Positions 63,989 to 64,000 of a stretch of DNA of 64,000 bases are shown piece by piece. The stretch is from Zootoca vivipara (lineage: Eukaryota). The DNA is taken from the NCBI RefSeq assembly GCF_963506605.1, contig NC_083280.1:84878001-84942000 (forward strand). Direction: 5' to 3'. The notes below the pieces were generated by a model that made no database searches, was not told where the DNA came from, and saw nothing but the letters and a program-made list of their open reading frames with translations. Each line of letters begins with the position of its first letter. The first letter of the stretch is position 1. The translations under genes were made by a program, and so were the position numbers.

Positions 63989-64000
63989 TAATCATCATCA

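Noticed and set aside
51066-64000. Coding exons of DUSP29/DUPD1 or a fifth DUSP, expected by synteny
   Set aside because: No (D/N)EVWP, THxxNAA or HCxxGxSR exon was found by eye or in the ORF track. A possible non-coding first exon ending AAG|gtaatt at ~56600 is too weak to call.

Overview
Vertebrate genomic DNA from a squamate, very likely a lacertid lizard (abundant Sauria SINEs, Bov-B, and L2 elements with (AAT)n tails). This is the SAMD8-DUSP13 locus. The minus strand carries the 5' part of SAMD8/SMSr: a CpG-island promoter at ~14.4-15.1 kb and coding exons at 4255-4832 and 302-397. Transcribed divergently on the plus strand is a tandem array of FOUR intact three-exon atypical dual-specificity phosphatase genes, all with intron phases 2 then 1. 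They are: DUSP13A/MDSP copy 1 (16835-20316, 200 aa); a younger duplicate, copy 2 (24023-29110, 188 aa, 21 aa differences); a distinct third paralog (30504-38235, 198 aa) with an HCILGRSR P-loop that ends in a CaaX box (CQLL*), predicting a geranylgeranylated DUSP; and a DUSP13B/TMDP-like gene (47046-51065, 190 aa). Other notable details: an L1 fragment with a nested solo LTR inserted upstream of copy 2 only; a retro-insertion whose target-site duplication (TSD) copied a splice donor; a SINE with a ~60-bp flanking duplication; and a candidate muscle enhancer at ~52.7 kb. The remainder is transposon-rich intron/intergenic DNA with a 238-N assembly gap. Gene models were built by hand from splice signals and recalled homology; no database search was run.
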